A stretch of 64,000 bases of DNA, taken from NCBI GenBank assembly GCA_900543095.1, contig UQQD01000001.1, positions 41,836 to 105,835 on the forward strand, written 5' to 3'. This stretch comes from an uncultured Ruminococcus sp. (GTDB lineage Bacteria > Bacillota > Clostridia > Oscillospirales > Acutalibacteraceae). The notes under the pieces were generated by a model. That model saw only the letters and a program-made list of their open reading frames with translations, did not search any database and was not told the origin of the DNA. This document shows, piece after piece, positions 11,005-21,605 of the stretch. Within the stretch, counting starts at the first letter, position 1. Each line of letters starts with the position of its first letter. A program made the translations under genes and the position numbers.

Positions 11005-12900
11005 ATGGCTTTTTTGCCTATGAACAGGCAAGAGGTTGCCGACCGTGGCTGGGACAGCGTTGATTTTGTCTATGTCTGCGGCGACAGCTATGTCGACCAC
11101 CCTTCTTTTGGTGCGGCAATAATCACAAGGGTACTTGAAGACTGCGGTTGTCGGGTTGCGTTTCTTGCTCAGCCAAATTGGAAAAACGACAGCGACTTTA
11201 CTCAATTCGGAAAACCAAAACTCGGTTTTATGGTGTCGGCAGGCAACATTGACAGTATGGTAGCTCACTACACGGTTGCGCTTCGCAAACGGCACGACGA
11301 CGCCTATACGGCAGGCGGCAAAAACGGAAAACGTCCCGACAGGGCGGTTACGGTATATTCAAATATCATTCGCAGGCTTTACCCCGACAGCCCGATAATC
11401 ATCGGCGGACTTGAAGCTTCGCTCAGAAGATTTGCTCACTATGATTATTGGAGCAACAGCGTTATGCCGTCCGTACTTTTTGACAGCAAAGCCGACATAT
11501 TGGTATACGGTATGGGTGAACTTCAGACAACAGAAATAGCAAAACGTCTGGGCGAGGGCTATCCCGTTGAATCGCTGTATGATATTAAGGGCATTTGCCA
11601 TAAGATAAAAACAAGCGATTATGTGCCCAAATCCGTTGTTGAACTTCCAAGCTATGAGCGTGTAAAAGAAAGTAAGCGTGATTATGCCATAGCTTCACGC
11701 AAGGAGCTTGACGAGGCGGACGCTGTGCGCGGAAAAACGCTTATCCAACGGCACGGTGATTATATTCTTGTGCAAAATCCGCCTATGCCGCCGCTTAACA
11801 CAAAACAGCTTGATTATGTCTATTCTCTGCCGTATGAACGGGGATACCCTAAATGCTATGAAAAGCTCGGCGGTGTGCCGGGAATAAACGAGGTATTGTT
11901 TTCGATAACGCATAACCGAGGCTGTTTCGGTGCGTGCAACTTTTGTTCGCTTGCATTTCATCAGGGACGTGCCGTTACCGTAAGAAGCGAGCAAAGCATA
12001 ATTGACGAAGCAAAATTATTTCTTAAAGATTCCGGATTCAAGGGGATTATCAGCGACGTGGGAGGACCTACGGCAAATTTCCGTTTACCGTCCTGCGAGA
12101 AGCAAAAAAGACTTGGACTTTGCAAGTCAAAAAAATGCCTTGCGCCAAAAACCTGCCCTAATATGCAGGTGTCGCACACCGAATATCTTGATATTCTGCG
12201 AAAGCTCAGAAATCTTGACGGCATAAAACGTGTGTTTATCCGCAGCGGAATACGCTTTGACTATCTTATGGAAGATGAGAGCGATGAATTTTTGCAGGAG
12301 CTTGTAAAGTATCATATAAGCGGTCAGCTCAGAGTTGCTCCCGAACACTGTTCGGCGGCTGTACTTGATAAAATGGGCAAACCGCATATCGAGGTCTATA
12401 AAAAATTCTGCGATAAATTTTACAGGTATACAAAAATTGCTCACAAGGATCAGTATGTAGTACCGTACCTTATGAGCTCGCACCCGGGTTCAACGCTCAG
12501 GGATGCAGTTGAGCTTGCGCTGTTTTGCAAGCGTGAAAATATTCACCCAAAACAGGTGCAGGACTTTTATCCCACTCCGGGTACCATATCAACAAGTATG
12601 TTCTATACGGGGCTTGACCCATACACTCTCAAAGAGGTTTATGTTCCTAAGTCCGAGAGCGAAAAGGCAATGCAGCGTGCACTTTTGCAGTATTTTATCC
12701 CCGAAAACAAACCGCTTGTAGTCAAAGCCCTTATCAAGGCAGGACGGCGTGACCTTATCGGCAATACAAAGCAGTGCCTTGTAACTCCTCTTGCGGGTCA
12801 GAGCGCAGGCGGATATAAAAAATCCGCAGGCTCTCAGGGGAAAACCAACGGAAAGAACAGGGATAAGTATGCAAAATACAGGCGAAAAAACAAAAAGTAA
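11005..12900 (+). CDS. ygiQ: YgiQ family radical SAM protein (UPF0313)
   Basis: Radical SAM N-terminal domain plus a CFGACNFCSL cluster motif. Confidence 0.85.
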   Translation: MAFLPMNRQEVADRGWDSVDFVYVCGDSYVDHPSFGAAIITRVLEDCGCRVAFLAQPNWKNDSDFTQFGKPKLGFMVSAGNIDSMVAHYTVALRKRHDDAYTAGGKNGKRPDRAVTVYSNIIRRLYPDSPIIIGGLEASLRRFAHYDYWSNSVMPSVLFDSKADILVYGMGELQTTEIAKRLGEGYPVESLYDIKGICHKIKTSDYVPKSVVELPSYERVKESKRDYAIASRKELDEADAVRGKTLIQRHGDYILVQNPPMPPLNTKQLDYVYSLPYERGYPKCYEKLGGVPGINEVLFSITHNRGCFGACNFCSLAFHQGRAVTVRSEQSIIDEAKLFLKDSGFKGIISDVGGPTANFRLPSCEKQKRLGLCKSKKCLAPKTCPNMQVSHTEYLDILRKLRNLDGIKRVFIRSGIRFDYLMEDESDEFLQELVKYHISGQLRVAPEHCSAAVLDKMGKPHIEVYKKFCDKFYRYTKIAHKDQYVVPYLMSSHPGSTLRDAVELALFCKRENIHPKQVQDFYPTPGTISTSMFYTGLDPYTLKEVYVPKSESEKAMQRALLQYFIPENKPLVVKALIKAGRRDLIGNTKQCLVTPLAGQSAGGYKKSAGSQGKTNGKNRDKYAKYRRKNKK

Positions 12901-13798
12901 ATCTAAGAGAATTATCATTTCCGTTTTTGCGGCTGTTCTAATCTTATGCACATTGTTTATCACATTCGGCGAGGGCTTCGGTATGCCCGGTTGGAGCGAA
13001 ATATACGCCTTTTTCGGCGTGAGCGAGGATTTGGACGCTGAATTTTCCGCATGTTTTCTGAGCGTCGGAACATCCGACGCCTGTCTTGTAAAATGCAGGG
13101 ATAAAACTCTGCTTGTCGATACGGGGCTTAGGCTCAGCTATGATAAGATATATGCATTTTTTCGCAGGCACAACATTACACATATTGATACAATGGTGCT
13201 TTCTCACGCCGACAGAGATCATATCGGCGGTGCGGCAAAGGTGCTTGATGATTTTGATGTTGAGTCGGTTTTGATGCCGCAAATTCCCGACGAACAAATC
13301 CCCGACAGCGTGGAATACAGCGAGTTTCAAAGCTCTCTCAAAGAAAATAATCTCAGCGTTATTTATCCCAAAACCGGAAGTGAATTGAAAATAGGAGATA
13401 TGACGCTTGAATTTATTATGCCAGAAAAATCCTATGGCAGTATCAACGACAATTCGCTTGTTTTTAGGCTTAACTATAAAAATAATTCGATTTTGTTTAC
13501 AGGTGATATTTCAAGCAAAGTTGAAGAAGATATACTTAATTCCGATACAGAATTAAAATCCGACATTTTAAAGGTCGCCCACCACGGCAGCAAAACCTCG
13601 TCCTGCGAGGAGTTTCTTTCGGCGGTCGCTCCCAAAATATCGGTCGTCAGTTCGGGAAGATCAAGCAGTAATCTTCCCGATTACACAACAATGGCACGGA
13701 TTGATAAATACAGCGACGAGCTTTACTGCACCGCTGAGGACAGAACCGTTGCAGTAACCTCAGACGGCAGCATTCTCACCGTTCGCACAGGATATTAG
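12869..13798 (+). CDS. Membrane-anchored MBL-fold metallo-hydrolase (ComEC C-terminal domain-like)
   Basis: N-terminal TM helix followed by HADRDHIGG and HHGSK motifs. The start is placed at MQNTGEK, overlapping the ygiQ end by about 32 nt. Confidence 0.65.
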   Translation: MQNTGEKTKSKSKRIIISVFAAVLILCTLFITFGEGFGMPGWSEIYAFFGVSEDLDAEFSACFLSVGTSDACLVKCRDKTLLVDTGLRLSYDKIYAFFRRHNITHIDTMVLSHADRDHIGGAAKVLDDFDVESVLMPQIPDEQIPDSVEYSEFQSSLKENNLSVIYPKTGSELKIGDMTLEFIMPEKSYGSINDNSLVFRLNYKNNSILFTGDISSKVEEDILNSDTELKSDILKVAHHGSKTSSCEEFLSAVAPKISVVSSGRSSSNLPDYTTMARIDKYSDELYCTAEDRTVAVTSDGSILTVRTGY

Positions 13799-13801
13799 GG
13801 C

Positions 13802-13830
13802 TTGACCTTATTTAAAATACATATTATACT
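13802..13830 (+). promoter_or_regulatory. Sigma-A type promoter upstream of tyrS
   Basis: TTGACC, 17-nt spacer, TATACT. Confidence 0.5.
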
Positions 13831-13918
13831 AAATTAAGTATTACTTTGCAGGAACGGTTTTATCGTCCTGCTGCGGTAATACATCTTTATAACATTTACA
13901 TACCAAGAAAGGAATAGA

Positions 13919-15148
13919 TTGATGGGAGTATATGAAGAACTTGTTGCAAGAGGACTTATTGCACAGGTTACCGACGAAGAAGAAATAAAGGAGCTTGTAA
14001 ACAGCGGCAAGGCTACGTTTTATATAGGCTTTGACCCGACAGCAGACAGTCTGCACGTCGGTCATTTTATGGCACTGTGTCTTATGAAGCGTCTGCAAAT
14101 GGCAGGCAACAAGCCGATAGCGCTTGTCGGCGGCGGCACAGGTATGATTGGCGATCCGTCGGGCAGAACCGATATGCGCCAAATGATGACAAAGGAAACA
14201 ATTCAGCATAACGTTGACTGCTTTAAAAAGCAGATGAGCCGTTTTATTGATTTTTCTGACGGCAAGGCGCTTATCGTAAACAATGCAGATTGGCTTCTTG
14301 ACCTCAACTATGTTGAACTTTTGCGTGATGTCGGCGCTTGCTTCAGCGTAAATAATATGCTTCGTGCCGAGTGTTACAAGCAGAGAATGGAAAAAGGACT
14401 TTCCTTCCTTGAATTTAACTATATGATAATGCAGTCATACGATTTTTATGCACTATATCAGAAGTACGGCTGTAATATGCAGTTCGGCGGCGACGACCAG
14501 TGGAGCAATATGCTCGGCGGTACTGAACTTATCAGGCGCAAGCTCGGCAAGGACGCATATGCAATGACAATTAATCTGCTGCTCAATTCCGAGGGCAAGA
14601 AAATGGGCAAGACTCAGTCGGGCGCAGTATGGCTTTCTGCCGAAAAGACCTCGCCGTATGATTTTTATCAGTATTGGCGCAATGTTGATGACGGAGATGT
14701 TATCAAGTGTCTTAAAATGCTTACATTCCTTCCGCTTGAACAGATTGATGAGCTTGCAAGGCTTGAGGGCAGTGAGGTAAACAAGGCAAAGGAAGTTCTT
14801 GCCTATGAGCTTACAAACCTTGTACACGGCAAAGAAGAAGCCGACAAGGCACAGGAGGCGGCAAGAGCGCTTTTCGGCAACAAGGCGGATACCGACAATA
14901 TGCCGTCAACCGAGTTTACTGCCGACGACTTTGCGGATGATGAAATAGCAATTCTTGATTTGCTTAAAAAATGCTCGCTTATCCCGTCAAACAAAGAGGG
15001 AAGACGTCTTATAGAGCAGGGCGGTATTTCCGTTGATGATGAAAAGATAACCGATGTTTATGCAAAAGTCGGAAAACAATCATTTGAAAAGGGTTATGTA
15101 ATCATCAAAAAGGGCAAAAAGGTATTCCATAAGGCAATTTTAAAGTAA
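13919..15148 (+). CDS. tyrS: Tyrosine--tRNA ligase
   Basis: HVGH (HIGH) motif, KMGKT (KMSKS) motif, and a C-terminal S4 domain. Confidence 0.9.
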   Translation: MMGVYEELVARGLIAQVTDEEEIKELVNSGKATFYIGFDPTADSLHVGHFMALCLMKRLQMAGNKPIALVGGGTGMIGDPSGRTDMRQMMTKETIQHNVDCFKKQMSRFIDFSDGKALIVNNADWLLDLNYVELLRDVGACFSVNNMLRAECYKQRMEKGLSFLEFNYMIMQSYDFYALYQKYGCNMQFGGDDQWSNMLGGTELIRRKLGKDAYAMTINLLLNSEGKKMGKTQSGAVWLSAEKTSPYDFYQYWRNVDDGDVIKCLKMLTFLPLEQIDELARLEGSEVNKAKEVLAYELTNLVHGKEEADKAQEAARALFGNKADTDNMPSTEFTADDFADDEIAILDLLKKCSLIPSNKEGRRLIEQGGISVDDEKITDVYAKVGKQSFEKGYVIIKKGKKVFHKAILK

Positions 15149-15170
15149 GACGGAAAACAAGGGGTTAAAA

Positions 15171-15593
15171 ATGAAGAAGTTAATGCACGAATTTAAAGTG
15201 TTCATAATGCGCGGCAACGTGCTTGACCTTGCGGTCGGCGTAATAATCGGCGCAGCATTTCAGGCAATAGTAACCTCGTTGACGAACGACGTTATATCGC
15301 CGATACTCGGTATTTTTGGCGGAATGAATTTTGACAACCTTTCAATAGATATAAACGGCGCAACGCTCGCCTACGGAAAATTCATTACAGCAGTTATCAA
15401 CTTTTTGATAATGTCGCTGGTAATTTTCCTTATCGTGAAGCTGGTGAACAAAGTTTTGTCGCTCGGTAAAAAGAAAAAGCCCGAGGAAGCGCCAAAAACA
15501 AAAGTTTGTCCTTTCTGTATGAGTGAGATCGACATAAAGGCAACGAAATGCCCGCATTGCACAAGCGATTTACCCATAGAGCAAACAGAATAA
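15171..15593 (+). CDS. mscL: Large-conductance mechanosensitive channel with C-terminal CxxC-x-CxxC zinc-ribbon tail
   Basis: [30 protein letters not shown] matches the MscL N-terminus. The tail is [18 protein letters not shown]. Confidence 0.85.
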   Translation: MKKLMHEFKVFIMRGNVLDLAVGVIIGAAFQAIVTSLTNDVISPILGIFGGMNFDNLSIDINGATLAYGKFITAVINFLIMSLVIFLIVKLVNKVLSLGKKKKPEEAPKTKVCPFCMSEIDIKATKCPHCTSDLPIEQTE

Positions 15594-15608
15594 ATACTTA
15601 TTACATAA

Positions 15609-15646
15609 AAATACGGCGGTCTGAACTCAGATCGCCGTATTATTGT
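15609..15646. terminator. Bidirectional terminator hairpin between convergent mscL and PAP2 genes
   Basis: ATACGGCG...CGCCGTAT hairpin flanked by A/T runs. Confidence 0.6.
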
Positions 15647-15663
15647 TATCAAATTATTATCGG

Positions 15664-16134
15664 TTACATAACAAATAAAAATACAATTCCGCAGAGGATT
15701 GCTATGGCTGCGCCGACTATGACATCACGCACATAATGCACGCCTGCAAATATTCTTGATAGGGATATAAGCATCGCAACCGCCATATACAAAATTCCTG
15801 CCCAAACATTGACCGACAGCATTGTCATCGCAATAATAAATGCGCTTGCCGTATGGCGGCTCGGCATACTGTCAGGCTCTGATTTTTTTCCTATAACGGG
15901 AGCAACTCCGTAATAATCATAAGGGCGTTGCTCTTTTATAATTTTTCTGAGTATCGTAACAAGCACAAAAACCGCCGCAGGTACAATGAGCGTTTCCCAA
16001 AACGCATCTTTCTTCCAAAAGAATGTAAAAAACAGCAGGAGCGGATAGCTTATAAATACAAGCAATGGCAAAGCCGTGTATATAACCTTTAAAATCCTGT
16101 TTGCGGCTTTATTATTTTTAAAATAATCAGTCAT
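15664..16134 (-). CDS. PAP2 family phosphatase (membrane)
   Basis: PSRH...GVHYVRDV PAP2 motifs with multiple TM segments. Confidence 0.75.
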   Translation of the reverse strand: MTDYFKNNKAANRILKVIYTALPLLVFISYPLLLFFTFFWKKDAFWETLIVPAAVFVLVTILRKIIKEQRPYDYYGVAPVIGKKSEPDSMPSRHTASAFIIAMTMLSVNVWAGILYMAVAMLISLSRIFAGVHYVRDVIVGAAIAILCGIVFLFVM

Positions 16135-16204
16135 TTTGATATATTGTTCCCGATTGATTTTTTACATCTCCCAAAGCTTTGTTATTCAGATTTTACCATA
16201 ACAT

Positions 16205-18037
16205 TCAGACTATTTCAATATTGTATTTTTCAAACCAGCAGTCAATCTCTATAATATAAGCCAGAATCTGCGGGGCCTGCATAAGCTGACCGTACCAGGG
16301 TGTTGTGATTTTATCGGGGTGTTCGATGATACTTTCAACCGCTTCTTTGTTTAGCATATCGGTGAGCGCATTTTTCTTTTGCAGAATTTTTCTTACCCGT
16401 TTTGCACATTCCTCAAAATAAATCGGATTGTGCGTTTTTGGGTAAGGACTTTTCTTTCGCCAACATATTTCATCGGGCAAAATATCCTCAAACGCCTTGC
16501 GGACGATTCCCTTTTCACGGTTGCCCCACGCCTTTAGCTCCCACGGCATATTGTACGCATACTCAACCAGCCTGTAATCGCAAAACGGTACTCTGACCTC
16601 TAGCCCGCTGTACATTGAGCATCTGTCCTTGCGCTCCAGCAGGCATTGCATAAACCAGTAAAAATTAAGGAAAAACATCTCACGCATACGCCTGTCGATT
16701 TTGGTATCGCTCTTTAGCTTAGGTGCAAGATTTATTGTGTCAAGATATTTTTGACGCACATAATCGGCGCCGTTTTTCAGCACGCCGTCCTTTAAGATGT
16801 AGCTTCTCACATCTTGACTGCGCGACCAAGGAAAACAATCCTCAAACAGAATTTCGTGGTTGTGATACCAAGGATAACCGCCGAAAAGTTCATCGGCACA
16901 TTCACCCGAAAGCGCAACGGTAAAATCCTTTTTTATTTCCCTGCAAAACAGCAAAAGCGAGGAATCAACGTCAACATAACCCGGCAAATCCCTTGCTTCA
17001 ACGCTGTCATAAAGTGCGTCGGCAAGCAATGCGTTGTCAAGGATTATTTCACGGTGCTTTGAGTCCGCATTTTTTGACATAAGCGAAATGAATTCATAGT
17101 CGGGAGTGGGTTGAAACAGGCTCTTTTTAAAGTACTTTTCATTGTCCCGATACTCTACCGAATAGGTGGATATTCTGCCGAGCTTGTGTTCCTTATGATA
17201 ATTTGAAGCGGTTTTTACAATAATACTGCTGTCCAGCCCGCCCGACAGGAAGAAGCACATAGGCACGTCGCTTACAAGCTGACGTTCTATTGCGTCGGTC
17301 AGCAGATAACGGGTTTTTTCAACGGTCTGCTGTTCACTGTCGGAGTGTTCTATGGCTCTGATTAAAAAATACTTGCTTATCGTCAGTTTATTGTCTATAT
17401 ATTTTGCACATTCGCCGGGTTTCAGTTCCCTGACTCCCTTAAATATTCCGCAGGACGGCGTTCGTGCAGGTCCTAAGAAAAATATCTCGTACAACCCCTC
17501 CTCGTCAATTTGAGGCTTGACAACGCCGCTTGCAAGCATTGATTTTATTTCGGAAGCAAACATAAGACCGCCGTTGTATTCATAGTAAAACAGCGGTTTT
17601 ACACCGATTTTGTCCCTGCAAAGAAACACCGATTTGTCATCTGTATTGAAAATTGCAAAGGCAAATATTCCGTTAAGCTTTTCGGGGCATTTGTCGCCGT
17701 ATTTGATATAGGTCTTAAGCACAACCTCTGTGTCCGAATGTCCTCTGAATCTGAATCCGTCGGCTTTTAGTTCTTCACGCAGACCTTCGGTGTTGTAAAG
17801 CTCTCCGTTGTACACAATCACATATGTTACGCCGTCGTGTGATACAACCATAGGCTGTTTGCCGTTTTCTCTGTCTATAACAACAAGTCTCCTGTGAATA
17901 AGGGCGGTGTCCTTGTTGATATATATTCCGTTTTCGTCCGGTCCCCGTCTGTCAAGTGTTTGGGACATTCGATTCAAAGTTTTAAGTCTGTCAGCCATAT
18001 TGCTGTTTTTTTCTATCCATCCTGCAATACCACACAT
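16205..18037 (-). CDS. asnB: Asparagine synthase (glutamine-hydrolysing)
   Basis: The mature start is MCGIAGW (Cys2 nucleophile) with a GGAGG RBS. Glutamine amidotransferase N-domain and SGGLDSS PP-loop. Confidence 0.85.
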   Translation of the reverse strand: MCGIAGWIEKNSNMADRLKTLNRMSQTLDRRGPDENGIYINKDTALIHRRLVVIDRENGKQPMVVSHDGVTYVIVYNGELYNTEGLREELKADGFRFRGHSDTEVVLKTYIKYGDKCPEKLNGIFAFAIFNTDDKSVFLCRDKIGVKPLFYYEYNGGLMFASEIKSMLASGVVKPQIDEEGLYEIFFLGPARTPSCGIFKGVRELKPGECAKYIDNKLTISKYFLIRAIEHSDSEQQTVEKTRYLLTDAIERQLVSDVPMCFFLSGGLDSSIIVKTASNYHKEHKLGRISTYSVEYRDNEKYFKKSLFQPTPDYEFISLMSKNADSKHREIILDNALLADALYDSVEARDLPGYVDVDSSLLLFCREIKKDFTVALSGECADELFGGYPWYHNHEILFEDCFPWSRSQDVRSYILKDGVLKNGADYVRQKYLDTINLAPKLKSDTKIDRRMREMFFLNFYWFMQCLLERKDRCSMYSGLEVRVPFCDYRLVEYAYNMPWELKAWGNREKGIVRKAFEDILPDEICWRKKSPYPKTHNPIYFEECAKRVRKILQKKNALTDMLNKEAVESIIEHPDKITTPWYGQLMQAPQILAYIIEIDCWFEKYNIEIV

Positions 18038-18056
18038 AAAATACCTCCATAAAATT

Positions 18057-19136
18057 TCAGTTTGTTCTATATGATTTGAGTGTAAACAAAAAGCATATCG
18101 CAACCCCGACAAGCACGATTCCGGAAATTATACTGCCGCCGAAAATTCCTGCACTTTGAACTGTCGAACTTGAAAAAACCGCAGCTTCGGTCGGAAACAA
18201 AAGAATTCCGATATGTGTAAGCAATGCGGTTATTGCACCCTGAATAATTCTTGTGACGAAAAATAGGAGCTTCTTAGGCTTTACGCTTCCCAATGCCGAA
18301 AAAATCTGAAAGTGCACGCACAATCCGCCAAAGCCTATTGCAAAAGCGACGAGTTCAACGGGACTGTTTTGAGAAATATTTTTTACCGCCGTACAAACTT
18401 CCAGCAGGCAGTACATAAGACTTTTTGTACCGCTGTCAACTGTAAGTTCTCCCAAAATAGCCGTATAAGCCGAGAAAATCACAACAAAGGCGCAGATGTT
18501 GAGCATACCCTTTGAGCTGTCTGCGGCGGCTTCGACAAGCGCCGACGAAAACGGCAGGGGAGTGTTCCTGCTTGCGGACAGGGAATTATAACTCGCCTTA
18601 TTTTTATCAAAAAAGTTTATTGCAATGCCGAGAATAACGACAGACAGCATCTGCGACACAAGAATTATCAAGCCTAATTTTTCGTTTTGGTACAGCGATG
18701 TCCCCACAAAATTTACGATGAACCCCGGTCCTGCACAAACCGCAAACAGTGCCGCCTTTTCTGACTCTTTTTCACTTACCGCACCGCATTTTTTCAGTGC
18801 GGAGATCCCTCTTGCGCCCACGGGATAACCGCCTATCATACTCAGCAGGATTATCGGTGCAAAGCTGCCGTTAAGACCGAACAGCACGCTTGTCAGTTTG
18901 CCAAACGGTTTGCCTATCTGCTGAGCCAAACCGCTTTTTATCAAAAAGCTTGCCGCCGCCATAAAAGGAAACAGCGACGGAATCAAAACATTAAAACAAA
19001 AACCGATTCCGTTTTGTGCGCCGTTTGAACAGCTTTCCGGAAAAATCAGCAGCAAAGCGCACAACGCAAGAACCGCAAGTGCTTTTACCGCAATCTCTGC
19101 TTTATGCAGAACCGCATTAACATACATATCAATCAC
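18057..19136 (-). CDS. Nucleoside-recognition (Gate) domain membrane protein, YlbJ-like sporulation integral membrane protein
   Basis: Polytopic protein of about 360 aa with two Gate-like halves. Confidence 0.55.
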   Translation of the reverse strand: MIDMYVNAVLHKAEIAVKALAVLALCALLLIFPESCSNGAQNGIGFCFNVLIPSLFPFMAAASFLIKSGLAQQIGKPFGKLTSVLFGLNGSFAPIILLSMIGGYPVGARGISALKKCGAVSEKESEKAALFAVCAGPGFIVNFVGTSLYQNEKLGLIILVSQMLSVVILGIAINFFDKNKASYNSLSASRNTPLPFSSALVEAAADSSKGMLNICAFVVIFSAYTAILGELTVDSGTKSLMYCLLEVCTAVKNISQNSPVELVAFAIGFGGLCVHFQIFSALGSVKPKKLLFFVTRIIQGAITALLTHIGILLFPTEAAVFSSSTVQSAGIFGGSIISGIVLVGVAICFLFTLKSYRTN

Positions 19137-19184
19137 CGATAATATATATGATTAAATTCGCATAAAAATAAATATGAAATTAAA

Positions 19185-19466
19185 TTGGGAGAGATTTTTT
19201 TGAAAAAGAAGAACAGTGACAAAGCACCCCACCGACAGCCTGCAGGTCTTGATATGGGTTCAGCTCCGCTCATTGAAATGCTCGGCAACAGAAGGATAAC
19301 GCTTGAAGGCTCAACAGGTATATTATTATATGAAAGTGACAATATTAAAATCAACACCAACAAAATGGTCGTTTCATTTTTTGGCAGAGGACTTTGCGTG
19401 CGATGTATTTCAAGCTCCTGCGTTGAGATTGAGGGCTTTGTCGGCAAAATTGAGTTTCTGACATGA
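19185..19466 (+). CDS. yqfC: YqfC/YabP family sporulation protein
   Basis: About 90 aa. LEGSTGILLYESDNIKINT...VEIEGFVGKIEF matches the YabP/YqfC family. yqfD follows. Confidence 0.7.
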   Translation: MGEIFLKKKNSDKAPHRQPAGLDMGSAPLIEMLGNRRITLEGSTGILLYESDNIKINTNKMVVSFFGRGLCVRCISSSCVEIEGFVGKIEFLT

Positions 19467-19475
19467 GGTGACTGT

Positions 19476-20654
19476 ATGCTTGTTGGATTTGTAAGGTTTT
19501 TCAGAGGTTGGGTGGAGTTTTCAACATACGGAAAATTCCCCGAAAGACTGCTTAATATTACTTCACGCTACGGCATTAAATTATGGGACGCCAAACCCGT
19601 AAGCGGAGGGCTTGACGTCTCAATGTCGGTCAGCGATTACCGAAAAATAAGACGTATTGCAAAAAAGGCAAGAGTCAGGACAAAAATAACAAAAAAGCAC
19701 GGCTTGCCTTTTATTGCGGCGAAGTATAAAAAAAGGATTGGCTTGCCCATAGGCGCACTTCTCGGAATAGTGATGCTTCTTGTGCTCTCAAACTTTATAT
19801 GGTCAATAAGCATTACGGGAACGGAAACCGTAAGCGATACACGGCTTCTTGAGGTGCTTGCCGAAAACGGTGTTGATATAGGCAGGTACAAGAATAATCT
19901 TGACGCAAAGAAGATAAAACGCGACGCCTTGCTTGAGGTTGACGAGGCAGGTTGGATGAGTGTAAATATAACCGGCAGTCTTGTATCTGTTGAGGTAAAG
20001 GAGAAGGCGCAGAAGCCTGAAATAAATCAATTTGTTGCTCCCTGTAACGTTAAGGCAAAATGCGACGGCGTTATAACGGATATAAATGCAAAAAACGGCG
20101 AAACGGTCGTGAAAAAAGGCAGCGGTGTTACCAAGGGCGACCTGCTTGTGAGCGGAACATTGCTTACCAAGCTTGAAACCACACGTTATGTCCACGCCGA
20201 GGCGGAGGTTTATGCCGACGTTATTTCTGATAAGGAATTATCATTGCCCGTAAGCTTTGATTATTATTCTCTTACAGAAAATAAAACCGACAGGAACCGT
20301 CTGAAATTTTTGTGGCTTGAAATTCCGTTTTCGATTTCATTTTCGTCTTATGAAGACTCGGCTTATTCCGAAACCGCAAGGAATATTTGTGCAAACGATG
20401 TTGCCCTGCCTATGCAGATAAAAACCGAAACCGCATATGAAGTACAACATTCGCAGGTAACGCTTGACGATGAGCTTGCTCAGCAGGTGTTTGACAATCA
20501 GATGCTGCTATATGAAGTGTTTGAAAAGGGCGGAAGCAGAGTTGTGAGTAGAAATATTTCGATGAGCACCGATGAAAACTTCTTTCACTGTATGATAGAT
20601 TATGTTTTTAATGAAAATATCGCACAGAGCGTTGAATTCAGCGTGACAGAATAG
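19476..20654 (+). CDS. yqfD: Sporulation protein YqfD
   Basis: Gene order after yqfC, a single TM segment, and a size of about 390 aa. Confidence 0.7.
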   Translation: MLVGFVRFFRGWVEFSTYGKFPERLLNITSRYGIKLWDAKPVSGGLDVSMSVSDYRKIRRIAKKARVRTKITKKHGLPFIAAKYKKRIGLPIGALLGIVMLLVLSNFIWSISITGTETVSDTRLLEVLAENGVDIGRYKNNLDAKKIKRDALLEVDEAGWMSVNITGSLVSVEVKEKAQKPEINQFVAPCNVKAKCDGVITDINAKNGETVVKKGSGVTKGDLLVSGTLLTKLETTRYVHAEAEVYADVISDKELSLPVSFDYYSLTENKTDRNRLKFLWLEIPFSISFSSYEDSAYSETARNICANDVALPMQIKTETAYEVQHSQVTLDDELAQQVFDNQMLLYEVFEKGGSRVVSRNISMSTDENFFHCMIDYVFNENIAQSVEFSVTE

Positions 20655-20674
20655 TCCGTTTGTGGTAAAATAAG

Positions 20675-21475
20675 ATGAATGTAATAAAAGCTGGTGATTT
20701 TGTGAGAATACTTTGCATAGGCGACGTTGTAGGAAGCATAGGGTGCGAATTCCTGCGAAAAAAGCTTCCGACTTTGAAAAAGGTAAAGGGCTTGGATTTT
20801 GTGATATGCAACGGCGAAAATTCCTCCGACGGCAACGGGATAACCCCTGCGTCGGCAAAATTTTTGTTTGACAGCGGAGTTGATGTGATAACGCTTGGAA
20901 ATCATACCTACAGAAGAAAAGAAGCCTATGAGTTTTTAGATGAAAACCCGTTTGTTGTTCGTCCGTCAAATTTTCCCGAAAAACTTGCGCCCGGTGTCGG
21001 AATACAAAATATAGATACGGGGCGCAGAACGATTTCGGTTATAAACGTAATGGGTAATATGAGTATGGACAATAACCTTGACTGCGCCTTTGAAAGTGTT
21101 GATAAAATGCTGTCAAAGGCAGAGAGCCGGATTGTGATAGTTGATTTTCACGCTGAAACTACGAGCGAAAAACGAGCTATGGGCTATTACCTTGACGGCA
21201 GAGTATCCGCAATTTTCGGAACGCATACTCACGTCCAAACCTCCGACGCCCAGGTATTGCCGAACGGCACGGGATATATAACCGATGTCGGAATGACCGG
21301 CACGATACATTCGGTTTTGGGTGTAAAAACAGAAATAATCATAAACAAGCTGAAAACAAAGCTTCCCGCACGCTTCGACCTTGCAAGCGGAGAGTGTAAA
21401 ATGGAATGTGTTATATTTGATATTGAAGACAAGAGCGGAAAGTGTACGTGTGCCGAAAGCCTGCGTATAGAATGA
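20675..21475 (+). CDS. ymdB: TIGR00282 (YmdB-like) metallophosphoesterase
   Basis: LCIGDVVGSIGC...ICNGENSSDGNGIT...GNHTY calcineurin-like motifs. Confidence 0.8.
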   Translation: MNVIKAGDFVRILCIGDVVGSIGCEFLRKKLPTLKKVKGLDFVICNGENSSDGNGITPASAKFLFDSGVDVITLGNHTYRRKEAYEFLDENPFVVRPSNFPEKLAPGVGIQNIDTGRRTISVINVMGNMSMDNNLDCAFESVDKMLSKAESRIVIVDFHAETTSEKRAMGYYLDGRVSAIFGTHTHVQTSDAQVLPNGTGYITDVGMTGTIHSVLGVKTEIIINKLKTKLPARFDLASGECKMECVIFDIEDKSGKCTCAESLRIE

Positions 21476-21532
21476 CCTAAAATACCTAAATAACAGTTTT
21501 GAACTTGTGATAATACAAATTTATTTTTGCTA

Positions 21533-21561
21533 TTGCAAATTCAAAGCAGAAATTGTATAAT
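21533..21561 (+). promoter_or_regulatory. Sigma-A type promoter
   Basis: TTGCAA, 17 nt, TATAAT. Confidence 0.5.
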
Positions 21562-21605
21562 ATACTATGTCTGAAAATATATCTTTTAGAGAAGGATGTG
21601 CGTTT

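Noticed and set aside
13799-13918. Possible T-box riboswitch leader upstream of tyrS
   Set aside because: The intergenic region is only about 120 nt, with a promoter and one short hairpin. It has no specifier-loop or T-box consensus and is far too short for a T-box leader.
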